Shown: piece by piece, positions 30,272-39,960 of the stretch
Layout of the letters: every line of letters begins with the position of its first letter
How positions within the stretch are numbered: position 1 is the first letter of the stretch
Assembly: GCA_051892935.1 (NCBI GenBank)
Contig: JBJFGS010000031.1
Span: forward strand, 68,838-132,837
DNA from: Candidatus Coprovivens sp.
GTDB lineage: Bacteria > Bacillota_I > Bacilli_A > RF39 > UBA660
Length of the DNA stretch: 64,000 bases
Direction of reading: 5' to 3'
Notes under the pieces: generated by a model
Told to the model about the DNA's origin: nothing
Databases searched by the model: none
Seen by the model: the letters and a program-made list of their open reading frames with translations, nothing else
Position numbers and translations under genes: made by a program

Positions 30272-31301
30272 GTTTAGGAATAAGAAGGAATTCTTAATGA
30301 CGACTTTATTTTTATTTGTTGTAAGTCTACTTATTATATTTGGATTATATAGTTTAAGTTATTATGAAAATTTAATTAATATAATGGTTAGTAAAAAAGA
30401 TGAAAATCGTATTATATCTGTTGATTACTATAAAACTTATAATGCTGATGAAATAAATAAACTTTTAAATTTAGAGCATGTTAACTATGGTTATGAAAAA
30501 TATGGTAATTGGGTTTTGGAACATGATTATGATTGTATAATGATACTAGTTAATTCTTATGAAAGTGAACAGATAATAAAAAGTGGAAGAAATATTGAGA
30601 ATGATTATGAAATATTAATACCTGTTAATTTGAAATCTGAAAATGAAATTGATGTTGGTAGAAAAATAACTATTAATAATGGTGTAGAATTATTGATAGT
30701 TGGGATTGTTTCGGAATATGGAAATTATATTTATACTAATACAGATACTTTAAGAACTATTGCAAATGAAAATAACGCTTTACTAGGAAATATAAATCTG
30801 ATTATAGATGAATATAAGAATATAGATAGTGTAATCAAAGAAATTGATAAATTAGGATATAGTGTAGAAAAAAAAGAAAATTTAGATGAAGAAGTAAATG
30901 AAATAGAAAAAGTTATTGAAGCAATACGATTTGGAATTAATATAGTAGTTCTTATTTCTATAATATTATTATTTTATGCTTTTAGATATATTAATAAGAA
31001 TAGTCAGAAAAATAATGCTTTATTAAAGTTATTTGGATATTCAAATGTATTTGTTAACTTTATTGAACTTATTTATGAATTAGTTATTACTATAATAGTT
31101 ATGATTAGTACTTTATTATTATATTTTATTATTTATCTTATATTTACTTTAATGAGTGTTTATGTTGTTTCTTTAATTAATTTTATTTATATATTATTAT
31201 TTGTATTTGGTTTATCTATTGTTATTATCTTAATATCATTTTTCTTTAGTTTATTTTCTTATAGAAAGATCGATATGTTGAATGTAATAGAAGAAAATTA
31301 A
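30249..31301 (+). CDS. second FtsX/MacB-type ABC permease
   Basis: Same topology; GRNIENDYEILIP and ALLKLFGYS motifs. Confidence 0.78.
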   Translation: MIEILISKFRNKKEFLMTTLFLFVVSLLIIFGLYSLSYYENLINIMVSKKDENRIISVDYYKTYNADEINKLLNLEHVNYGYEKYGNWVLEHDYDCIMILVNSYESEQIIKSGRNIENDYEILIPVNLKSENEIDVGRKITINNGVELLIVGIVSEYGNYIYTNTDTLRTIANENNALLGNINLIIDEYKNIDSVIKEIDKLGYSVEKKENLDEEVNEIEKVIEAIRFGINIVVLISIILLFYAFRYINKNSQKNNALLKLFGYSNVFVNFIELIYELVITIIVMISTLLLYFIIYLIFTLMSVYVVSLINFIYILLFVFGLSIVIILISFFFSLFSYRKIDMLNVIEEN

Positions 31302-31618
31302 AAGTCATTTATGACTTTTTTTTATTATTGTTTAAATTATTTTTTTGAATAATTTTAAATTAGAATGAATAGTGAGATTATAGTAATAAGAACTTTTATA
31401 GATAAATGTTATGAGGGATGTATAAGTAGATATATTGATTCTAATTTAAGTGTAATAAAGAGAAACTTAATATATATAAAGAAAATAGGAAAAGAATATA
31501 TACTTGGTATATTTCTTTTAATGTATTTTTAGAAAAGACAGATAAAATATAAAAATAAACAGAACTGTATAATGGTTTTATTTTTTATGTTATAATTCTT
31601 TTAGATAGGATGAGTTTT

Positions 31619-32485
31619 ATGAGTACTAGAAATGCTAAAAGAGTAAGAGATATTACTGGTATGCAACAAATTATGATAGATTTAAAACCTGATAGATGTG
31701 ATAGTGATGTTTATATTAATCAAAAAATGGATGTTACTAAATTAGTAGAGTATGTTGAAAAGAAGAAAGAAGAAGGATTTGATTATACTTATTTTCATGT
31801 ATTTGTAACAGCAATAGGTAAAATATTTTATAATAGGAATAAATTAAATAGATTTGTATCTGATAGACATGTTTATGAACATAATGATGTAGTAGTATCT
31901 TTTGTAGCTAAAGTGTCTTTTGATGATAAAAGTGAAGAAATGATGGTAATGGTACCTATAAATTCTGATGATAATATAGATACTATTGCTAAAAAGATAA
32001 AAGATTATGTTGAAAATATTAGAAATGAAAATGTTTCTTATAAAAAGGAAGGTGCTAATAATGCTATTGATATTGTTGGTAAATTTCCTAATATAATAAG
32101 AGTTCCCCTAGTAGGATTACTTAAATGGATGGATAAAAAGGGAATTTTACCTAGTTTCTTAGTGAAAGATAATATTTATTATAGTAGTATTATTGTATCT
32201 AATTTAGGTTCAATTAGATGTGGTGCTATATATCATAATTTGACTTGTTTTGGTACTTGTTCTAGTTTGGCGACAATGGGTGAAATAAAAGATGATGATG
32301 TTCATTATGATGATGGTACTGAGGAAGTAAGAAAATTCTGCGAATTTGGTATTAACTTAGATGAGAGAATTGCAGATGGATATTACTTTGCTAAGTCAGT
32401 TAAGTTATTACAACATATATTTGATAATCCTGAATTACTAGAAGAAGCTGTTAATCAGAAAATTGATTTGGGCGAAAATAGATAA
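31619..32485 (+). CDS. stand-alone 2-oxoacid dehydrogenase E2/CAT-like acyltransferase catalytic domain
   Basis: VSNLGSI and GINLDERIADG (canonical DHRxxDG); no lipoyl domain. Confidence 0.78.
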   Translation: MSTRNAKRVRDITGMQQIMIDLKPDRCDSDVYINQKMDVTKLVEYVEKKKEEGFDYTYFHVFVTAIGKIFYNRNKLNRFVSDRHVYEHNDVVVSFVAKVSFDDKSEEMMVMVPINSDDNIDTIAKKIKDYVENIRNENVSYKKEGANNAIDIVGKFPNIIRVPLVGLLKWMDKKGILPSFLVKDNIYYSSIIVSNLGSIRCGAIYHNLTCFGTCSSLATMGEIKDDDVHYDDGTEEVRKFCEFGINLDERIADGYYFAKSVKLLQHIFDNPELLEEAVNQKIDLGENR

Positions 32486-32597
32486 GATATTTATATAATG
32501 CTTTTTTAGATTAAAATGATTACAAAATATTTGTAATTTTTTTTTGACTTAAGAAATACTTTTTGCTAGAATACATTTTACTTAATGGGGATTGTAT

Positions 32598-33115
32598 ATG
32601 GAATTAGTAAGAGTTACTAATGAAAACTTAATTGCAGGTTTACTGTTAAGATATAGAAAGTTTAGTAGTGTCGATTTAGATATATACAGAGATATTTTAT
32701 TAGAAAGATATGATTGTAGATTAAGTCCTTTTGCAGTAGATATAAGAGGTATAATAAATTATATTATGAAATTTGGTAATTCTTATTATATGTTAGATAC
32801 TCCTGAAGTTTGTACTTTATTTAAGGATAAATAAGGATAAATAATTCCTAATATAATAGAAGATATTAGTTTAGAAGAAGTGATACTAAGAAAGATTTTT
32901 AATTGGGTGGTATTTCTGAATATTTAGTTCCTTCTGTTTTTAATAGTGAAGAAGATTATGTTATAAATAGATTACTTGAAGATATGTCTATAATATATGT
33001 TTGTAGTAGTAATCCAGATAATAATGAAGAAAGAGAATTACAATTAACTTCTATTGGTATGGAAAGATTACAAACTATAAGAGAAGAATATAAAAACAAA
33101 AAAAGTATTAAGTAA
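32598..33115 (+). pseudogene. disrupted paralog of the N-terminal half of the 33229-34488 gene
   Basis: Two in-frame stops inside a taaggataaa tandem repeat (32822-32841) and a 1-nt shift near 32903; the fragments align with the downstream protein. Confidence 0.65.
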
Positions 33116-33228
33116 TTTTAATATTAAAAAATAATTTTTTATTGATGGTAAATATTAGTAAAAGATTATTTTTTTTGTTTAAATTAATTGATAATGTGAT
33201 AAAATGATTTCTTAAGGAGATTTTTAAT

Positions 33229-34488
33229 ATGACAATTGATACAAATTTAGAAACAAAAAAAATATATTTTGAGCATTTAATTTCTAGTATATTATTAAGA
33301 TTTAAAGATATAGATAATTTAGCTTTAAGGATAATAGGTGAAGAAATCTCTAAAACTAATCAATTATCTTTTACATATAAAAATGATGATATAAAAACTT
33401 ATATAGAAGAAACTAATTTTGGATATACATTGAAAAGAGAATATTTAGATGGCAATGGAAATATACTTCCTGAAGTTAAGGCTATATTAGAGAGATATAG
33501 AGATAATGTGGTTATTGATTATTTGAGCAGAATTAATATAGAAGACTTGGTTATAAAGAAAGTCTTAGATATGGAAATATTGACACCTGCTGATATAAGT
33601 AAAAGGTTTAATAAAGAAGAACAAACAGCTATAAAATTTTTAGTAAATACTGGATATCTAGTTAATATATGGGATGATGATATTACAAATAAAGATTATA
33701 TGCAAATAGTACTTAGTTCTACTGGGAGAAAGAGAGGATTTATGTTGTCTTTTCCTGAGTATGTTGAAGAGTTTAGAAAATTAGTGGCATCATCTGGTTA
33801 TGATGTTGCAATAATAGATGAGTTTTTAGATGTTCAAGATTATAGTAAGGGTGTTTATGAAATACTTAATTTAGATAATTTTTTAGATTATTGCCAGAAT
33901 AAAGGAAAGAATCCTGTTGCAGATGGAGTAAGTTCATTGAAATATAAAAGAATTCAATATAAGAAAGGTGAAGGATTTAGCAAAGAGGGACAAGAACTAT
34001 TTAATGATATGTTATCAGTTATAGATGATGGTCATTGTATACATATATGTCATCCTAATCACTTATTTAATACTAAGTATGTTATAGGTACTAGTTTAGA
34101 TTTAGATAGAATTAATTGGGAAGATATAGATATTGATAAGATGGTTAGTGTAGGGGATTATAAAACATTTATTATGCCTGATGCAAAAGAATCATTTAAG
34201 TATGTTCATAAAAGATTGAGTCATCAAATAATAAAAAAGATTGATGCAGGTCAAGAAGAACAATCTTATTTGGTTGTTGTTGAACAATATATGATAGACG
34301 GTGAATATAGTTATTTAGTTAGAGGAATAATAAAAGGAGATAAGGAAGGCTATTCAATGGCTTTTAATCCTGAATATGAAAAGGCTATAGCTAGTAATGT
34401 ATGGGAAAGATCTATTAGATTTACCGGTAATGAAGTTGCTACTCCTTATTTAGTTAAAAGACCTAGTAAACCAGGTGAAAAAAGATAA
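33229..34488 (+). CDS. hypothetical protein (possible winged-helix N-terminal region)
   Basis: AAGGAG RBS; 419 aa; FLVNTGYL...LSSTGRK wing-like motif. Confidence 0.75.
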   Translation: MTIDTNLETKKIYFEHLISSILLRFKDIDNLALRIIGEEISKTNQLSFTYKNDDIKTYIEETNFGYTLKREYLDGNGNILPEVKAILERYRDNVVIDYLSRINIEDLVIKKVLDMEILTPADISKRFNKEEQTAIKFLVNTGYLVNIWDDDITNKDYMQIVLSSTGRKRGFMLSFPEYVEEFRKLVASSGYDVAIIDEFLDVQDYSKGVYEILNLDNFLDYCQNKGKNPVADGVSSLKYKRIQYKKGEGFSKEGQELFNDMLSVIDDGHCIHICHPNHLFNTKYVIGTSLDLDRINWEDIDIDKMVSVGDYKTFIMPDAKESFKYVHKRLSHQIIKKIDAGQEEQSYLVVVEQYMIDGEYSYLVRGIIKGDKEGYSMAFNPEYEKAIASNVWERSIRFTGNEVATPYLVKRPSKPGEKR

Positions 34489-34589
34489 TCAAAATGATTA
34501 TCTTTTTATTTATAAACATTATTATTTAATAACTTTTTTAAGTAATAGATTTAACATGTTATAATGTATATACAAAGTGAGATGTTTTT

Positions 34590-37280
34590 ATGTTTGATGA
34601 AAGTATTAAGTTTAAGTATCCTTGGAGACCTTATCAGGAAAAAGTATTAGAAGAAGTTAATAGTTTGATAAAAGATAAAAAAATACATATAGTTGCTGCT
34701 CCTGGCAGTGGAAAAACAGTGCTGGGATTAGAACTAGCAAGGAGAATAGGAGAAGCTGTATTAATATTATCTCCTACTATAACAATAAAGAATCAATGGA
34801 TAGATAGATTTTTAACTTCTTTTATGTCTGTTAATTCAAGTAAACCAGAATGGATAAGTGATGATATTTATGAATTAAAATATTTTAATTCTGTTACTTA
34901 TCAAGGTTTACATTGTGCTTATAAGAAGATAAGTAGAATTTCTAATGATGATAATGATGAAACTGATGATGAAGTTTTTAGAGAAGTAATTAGAAGTGAT
35001 ATTGATATTAAGAATTATAATTTAATTAGCGAGATAAAAAAACATAAGATTAAAACAATTATTCTTGATGAAGCACATCATTTAAAAAATGAATGGTGGA
35101 ATAGTTTAAAAAAGGTAGTTGAATCTATACCTGATGTAATTGTTATATCATTAACAGCTACTCCTCCTTATGATATAGAACAAAATGAATGGAAAAGGTA
35201 TATTTCTTTGTGTGGGGAAGTAGATGCAGAGATAAGTGTTCCAGAACTTGTTAAAGCTAAAAACTTATGTCCTCATCAGGACTATGTCTATTTTAGTTAC
35301 CCAACCAAAAATGAGAATGAGATGATTAAAGCTTATGAGGAAGAAGTAAAAAAATTAATAGATGATTTAATAATGAATGCAGATTTTATTGATGTAATAA
35401 GAAATCATCCTTATTTTAAAGATTGTGAAGTTTATATAGAAGAAATATTAGAAAATACACAGTTCTATAGTAGTATTCTTGTATTTTTAAAATATTCTGG
35501 AATAGAAGTTACAAAAGAACATGTAAAGGTATTAGGAGATAATAAAAGTATTCCTGAATTAAATGCTAAGTGGTTAGAAATATTACTTCAGAATATATTA
35601 TTTGATAATAGAGAAAATTTTAAAAATGTTGAATTATTAAATACCATAGAAAAAAGATTATTTAAAATGGGAGCAATAGAAAAGAAAAAGGTTTTGTTAA
35701 CAAATAATACTAATTTACAAAATTATTTTATAAATAGTATAAGTAAATTAGATAGTATTTTGGATATAGTAAAATCTGAATATAGTAATATGAGAGATAA
35801 TCTTAGAATGGTAATACTTACTGATTTTTTAAGAAAAGAGTATTTAGAATTAGAAAATTTAGAGATTAAGTCTTTGGGTGTATTTCCAATATTATTTAAG
35901 TTATTAGATAATGATATTAATATTAATATGGCAGTATTAACTGGAAGTATTTATATGATTCCTATTAGTATGAAGGGAAAATTAATTGAAGAAGCTAAAG
36001 TTTTTGGAATTACTGAAGATAAAATTGAATATGAGAAACTTAAATATAGAGAAAATTATGTTATTGTAAAGACTACTAATAAGTTAAAAAATAAGTTGAT
36101 GAATGTCATATCAAAGTTATTTTCTGTGGGGGATATTAATATTATAATTGGTACTAAGTCATTATTAGGTGAGGGATGGGATGAACAGAGTATAAATAGT
36201 TTAATACTGGCTAGTTTTGTTGGTTCTTATGTATTATCTAATCAAATGAGAGGAAGAGCTATTAGAGTAAATGATAATCCTATGAAGACCGCTAATGTGT
36301 GGCATTTAGTTTGTGTTAAGGATATTAATAGAAGTTTAATAGATAATGCTGATTATGATACGATGATAAGAAGGTTTAATACGTTTGTAGGCATTGGTTA
36401 TAATAAAGATGTTTTAGAAAGTGGTATTGATAGATTAGATATCATTCCGAGTTATTTTTCTAAAGAAAATATTGATGTATATAATAATGAAATAATTCTT
36501 TTAAGTAATAAGAGAAATGATATGTATAAAAGATGGTTTGAATTAATTGATAAATATAAAGTGAATGATAATATAGTAAATGAAATAATCGAAGTAAAAA
36601 AAGATGATATGAAAAATGATTTTTCAACAATAGATATAAAAAAAATTTTTGGTTTAGTAGTATCTTTGATTTTAATATTCTTAATTAGATATTTATTTTC
36701 AAGTGTGAATAATGATACTTATAATAGTTTATATAAGTTTTTCTTAATTATTATAGGAGTTATTAATATACCTTTTATTATACAATGTATTAAATTATTA
36801 GTTTTATCTAAACCTAAGAATCAATTAAAATATATTGTTAAATGTATAGTACGAAGTTTATGTGATGTTAAATTAATTGAAAGTTCTTATAATAAAATAA
36901 GATTTAATATTATTGATAATCGTGATGATGTTTATTTATATCTTATTATAGATAATATTTCATCTAGGGATAAAGTATTAATAATGAATTCTATTGAAGA
37001 AATATTTTCAAAAGAAGAACAGAGATATGTTTTAATTAATAAAAAAATATTATTATCTACTTATTATAGTGTTCCAAGCGCTCTGGGAATAAATAAGAAA
37101 ACAGCGATGATTTTTCATAAGTATTGGTCAAGATATTTAGGAAATAGTTTTTTACTTTATACAAAATCTATAAAAGGAAGAAAAGTATTATTTGAAGCTA
37201 GAAAAAGATCTTTTGATTATAATGAAAATCGTAATATTTTTAATAAAAAGAAAAAAGCTTTGGTAGATAGAATTAATTAG
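34590..37280 (+). CDS. SF2 (DEAH, ResIII-like) helicase with C-terminal TM hairpin
   Basis: WRPYQ, APGSGKT, LDEAHH, LTATP, LGEGWD, QMRGRAIR; two TM segments near aa 685-740. Confidence 0.85.
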   Translation: MFDESIKFKYPWRPYQEKVLEEVNSLIKDKKIHIVAAPGSGKTVLGLELARRIGEAVLILSPTITIKNQWIDRFLTSFMSVNSSKPEWISDDIYELKYFNSVTYQGLHCAYKKISRISNDDNDETDDEVFREVIRSDIDIKNYNLISEIKKHKIKTIILDEAHHLKNEWWNSLKKVVESIPDVIVISLTATPPYDIEQNEWKRYISLCGEVDAEISVPELVKAKNLCPHQDYVYFSYPTKNENEMIKAYEEEVKKLIDDLIMNADFIDVIRNHPYFKDCEVYIEEILENTQFYSSILVFLKYSGIEVTKEHVKVLGDNKSIPELNAKWLEILLQNILFDNRENFKNVELLNTIEKRLFKMGAIEKKKVLLTNNTNLQNYFINSISKLDSILDIVKSEYSNMRDNLRMVILTDFLRKEYLELENLEIKSLGVFPILFKLLDNDININMAVLTGSIYMIPISMKGKLIEEAKVFGITEDKIEYEKLKYRENYVIVKTTNKLKNKLMNVISKLFSVGDINIIIGTKSLLGEGWDEQSINSLILASFVGSYVLSNQMRGRAIRVNDNPMKTANVWHLVCVKDINRSLIDNADYDTMIRRFNTFVGIGYNKDVLESGIDRLDIIPSYFSKENIDVYNNEIILLSNKRNDMYKRWFELIDKYKVNDNIVNEIIEVKKDDMKNDFSTIDIKKIFGLVVSLILIFLIRYLFSSVNNDTYNSLYKFFLIIIGVINIPFIIQCIKLLVLSKPKNQLKYIVKCIVRSLCDVKLIESSYNKIRFNIIDNRDDVYLYLIIDNISSRDKVLIMNSIEEIFSKEEQRYVLINKKILLSTYYSVPSALGINKKTAMIFHKYWSRYLGNSFLLYTKSIKGRKVLFEARKRSFDYNENRNIFNKKKKALVDRIN

Positions 37281-37316
37281 AAATTTAATTGTAGTATGTT
37301 TTATGTGGTGTAAAGT

Positions 37317-38714
37317 ATGAAGAAAAAAAAGTTTTTAAATATTTATAATTTTATTTTTTTGCTATATTGTGTTTTTGTTATTCTTTTATTGATTAACCAT
37401 GAATATGGAAGAGATGAGTTTCAAGTATGGTTGATGGTTAAAAAATTAAGTTTTTTTGAGATAATTCTTCAAATGAAATATGAAGGTCATCCTTGTTTGT
37501 GGCACTTGATAATAAAACTATTTGCGGAACTTAATTTTTCGTATTGTATTATGGGAGTTATTTCAACATCATTTGCATTAATTGGAGTGTGGATTCTTTT
37601 ATATAAATCTTCATTTAAGATATATACTAAGTGTTTAATATGTTTTAGTTTTTCTTTTTTGTTTTGCTGTTCAGTATTTGCTAGAAGTTATTCTTTAATA
37701 TTTCTTTTAGTAATGTGTTTAGCTTGGATTTATAAACAAAGGAAAGATAAACCTATTATATATAATATAATATTGTTTTTGCTTGTTAATACCCATGTGT
37801 TAATTTGTGGATTAGTTGGAATGCTTTTATTAAAAGATTTATATGAATTATTAATTAAACGAGAAGAATATAATAGAAAAAAAAGAATAATTGGAATAAT
37901 TATTGCATTTTTAGGTATTTTGTTATTGTTTTTACAATTGTATAAATGTTTTGAGGTAAGAAATCATAAAATTGATTTATCTTATTCTTTTAGTGATATT
38001 TGTTTGTTGATAATTTATTATTTGATGAAATATATTTATTATCAGTGTAGATTTCATATATTACAGGTTGTTTCTTTTGTTCTATTATTGGGATTGATGT
38101 ATATTTTTGCTAAAGAAAAAAAATATATGTTTTTTGTTTTTATTGGTAGTTTGTTCTTTAAATTGCTAGTTCATATTTATGTATATGAATTATATTATCA
38201 ACAGTCTTGTTTGTTAATAATTGATTTAATATTTTGTTTATGGTGTGCTGATATTAAAAATAATAAAATACTTAACATTTTGTTTTCTAGTTTTATATTT
38301 TTGACTATTCCTTATTCATTATATTTTGTTTATTTGGAAATGAGCTCTAATTATTCTGATTCTTATAATGTAGCTAGATATATAAAAAATAATATTAATC
38401 CTAGTAGTAGAATATTATGTTTAAAAGATAATTATTGTACTTCAATTATTGGCTATTTAGATGATAATTATAAATTTATTAGTTTATACTCTAAAAATGA
38501 ATTCTCTTATATTGTGTGGAATACTGATTACGATAATTATAATTTTAATAAAAAAGAAATAGATGAGTTAATAAATAATAAAGAAATAGACTATATTATA
38601 GATGTTGGATATGACAAAGATGTTTTTGATTATAGGTATGTAATAGAATATAAGAGTGATTTTTCTAATATTATTTCAGATGAAGGATATACTATATATA
38701 GAATTACTAAATAG
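37317..38714 (+). CDS. polytopic membrane protein, GT-C-type glycosyltransferase-like
   Basis: RDE in the first loop, YEGHPCLW, ARSYS; about 10 TMs. Confidence 0.65.
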   Translation: MKKKKFLNIYNFIFLLYCVFVILLLINHEYGRDEFQVWLMVKKLSFFEIILQMKYEGHPCLWHLIIKLFAELNFSYCIMGVISTSFALIGVWILLYKSSFKIYTKCLICFSFSFLFCCSVFARSYSLIFLLVMCLAWIYKQRKDKPIIYNIILFLLVNTHVLICGLVGMLLLKDLYELLIKREEYNRKKRIIGIIIAFLGILLLFLQLYKCFEVRNHKIDLSYSFSDICLLIIYYLMKYIYYQCRFHILQVVSFVLLLGLMYIFAKEKKYMFFVFIGSLFFKLLVHIYVYELYYQQSCLLIIDLIFCLWCADIKNNKILNILFSSFIFLTIPYSLYFVYLEMSSNYSDSYNVARYIKNNINPSSRILCLKDNYCTSIIGYLDDNYKFISLYSKNEFSYIVWNTDYDNYNFNKKEIDELINNKEIDYIIDVGYDKDVFDYRYVIEYKSDFSNIISDEGYTIYRITK

Positions 38715-38809
38715 TTAGTATCAACTTATAGTTGAGTTATATTCAACTTGTATTTTATTGAAATTATTTATTAGTAGGTTATATAATCTAGTTATGGAGG
38801 AGGAAAAAA

Positions 38810-39484
38810 ATGAAAAATATAAAAATAAAAAAATTATTAATGGTAATTATGATTGGATTTATGCTATGTGCTTGTGGTGATAAGGAAAAATTAACAGAAT
38901 TGCCTAAACCTGAAGTAAGTGAAGGTGTTAGAGGTGATTTAGGGATTGATGCAAATGTTAATGAGGCTTCTTTAGATAAATATTTAGGTAGAGAAGATTC
39001 TGTATATAGAGATATGAGAATGCTAATTGATCCAGCTGAATATGAAAATATTGGAGGAGATGCTTATCTTTCTGGATTTGTTAAAGGATTCGAAGTGGTT
39101 CCTTATCCTTATTTAGTAAATGTTGTTGGATTACCAGAAGCTGTTGGAACTACTTATGAAGGAAAAACACTATTTACTTTAGATGATAATGGAAAATATG
39201 TTGCTAATTATAAAGAATCTATGGATATTTTAGAGTATTTATTTCCTAAAGATAAATATATCTTCTTAATGTGTGGCGGAGGAGGCTATTCCGGAATGAC
39301 TAAGAATATGTTAGTGTCACTTGGATGGGACGAAAATAAAATATATAATACTGGTGGATATTGGTATTATAAAGGTGAGAATAAAGTTTTAGTAAAAAAT
39401 GATTCTTATGATGAAGTTTCTTATGATTTTTGGAAAGTTGCTTATCATGAAATAGACTTTGAATTATTACATGAGGTTAATTAG
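38810..39484 (+). CDS. rhodanese-like lipoprotein
   Basis: Lipobox-like LCAC; RDMR; IFLMCGGGGYSG active loop; YNTGGYW. Confidence 0.7.
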   Translation: MKNIKIKKLLMVIMIGFMLCACGDKEKLTELPKPEVSEGVRGDLGIDANVNEASLDKYLGREDSVYRDMRMLIDPAEYENIGGDAYLSGFVKGFEVVPYPYLVNVVGLPEAVGTTYEGKTLFTLDDNGKYVANYKESMDILEYLFPKDKYIFLMCGGGGYSGMTKNMLVSLGWDENKIYNTGGYWYYKGENKVLVKNDSYDEVSYDFWKVAYHEIDFELLHEVN

Positions 39485-39930
39485 TGAAAAAAGTTGTATT
39501 AGTTATTTTATTAACTTTAATGATAGTTGGTTGTGGTAAGGTTGAAAAATTTTATTTAGAAGATGAACTTTATGAACAAGGTAAAATTACTGAAATTACT
39601 GTTAACGAATTTAAAAAATTAGAAGAAGAAAAAAAAAGTTTTGCTGTATTTGTTTATTTACCTGGTTGCACATCTTGTGCAGAATTTAGAACTGTATTAG
39701 AACAATTTGTTGAAGATAATAATTTGGAAGTGTATACTATTTCAATATTAGATACTGATAATACAAGTATCTCAGAAGTAGTAGAGTATGCACCATCTTT
39801 AGTTTTATATAATAAAGGTGAAATGGTTGATTATCTAGATTCAACTAGTGATAAAGATAAGCCAGCATTGACAAGTGTTGATGGACTAGATAATTGGTTA
39901 GAAGAATACATATATTTTTCAATAAATTAA
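39484..39930 (+). CDS. thioredoxin-fold lipoprotein
   Basis: IVGC lipobox; PGCTSC CxxC; YAPSLVLY cis-Pro motif. Confidence 0.78.
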   Translation: MKKVVLVILLTLMIVGCGKVEKFYLEDELYEQGKITEITVNEFKKLEEEKKSFAVFVYLPGCTSCAEFRTVLEQFVEDNNLEVYTISILDTDNTSISEVVEYAPSLVLYNKGEMVDYLDSTSDKDKPALTSVDGLDNWLEEYIYFSIN

Positions 39931-39960
39931 AAGATTACTATAGAACTTATAGTAATTTTT

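Noticed and set aside
31365-31532. 55-codon ORF in an AT-rich intergenic gap
   Set aside because: No RBS or recognisable motif; it could be a remnant but is unsupported.
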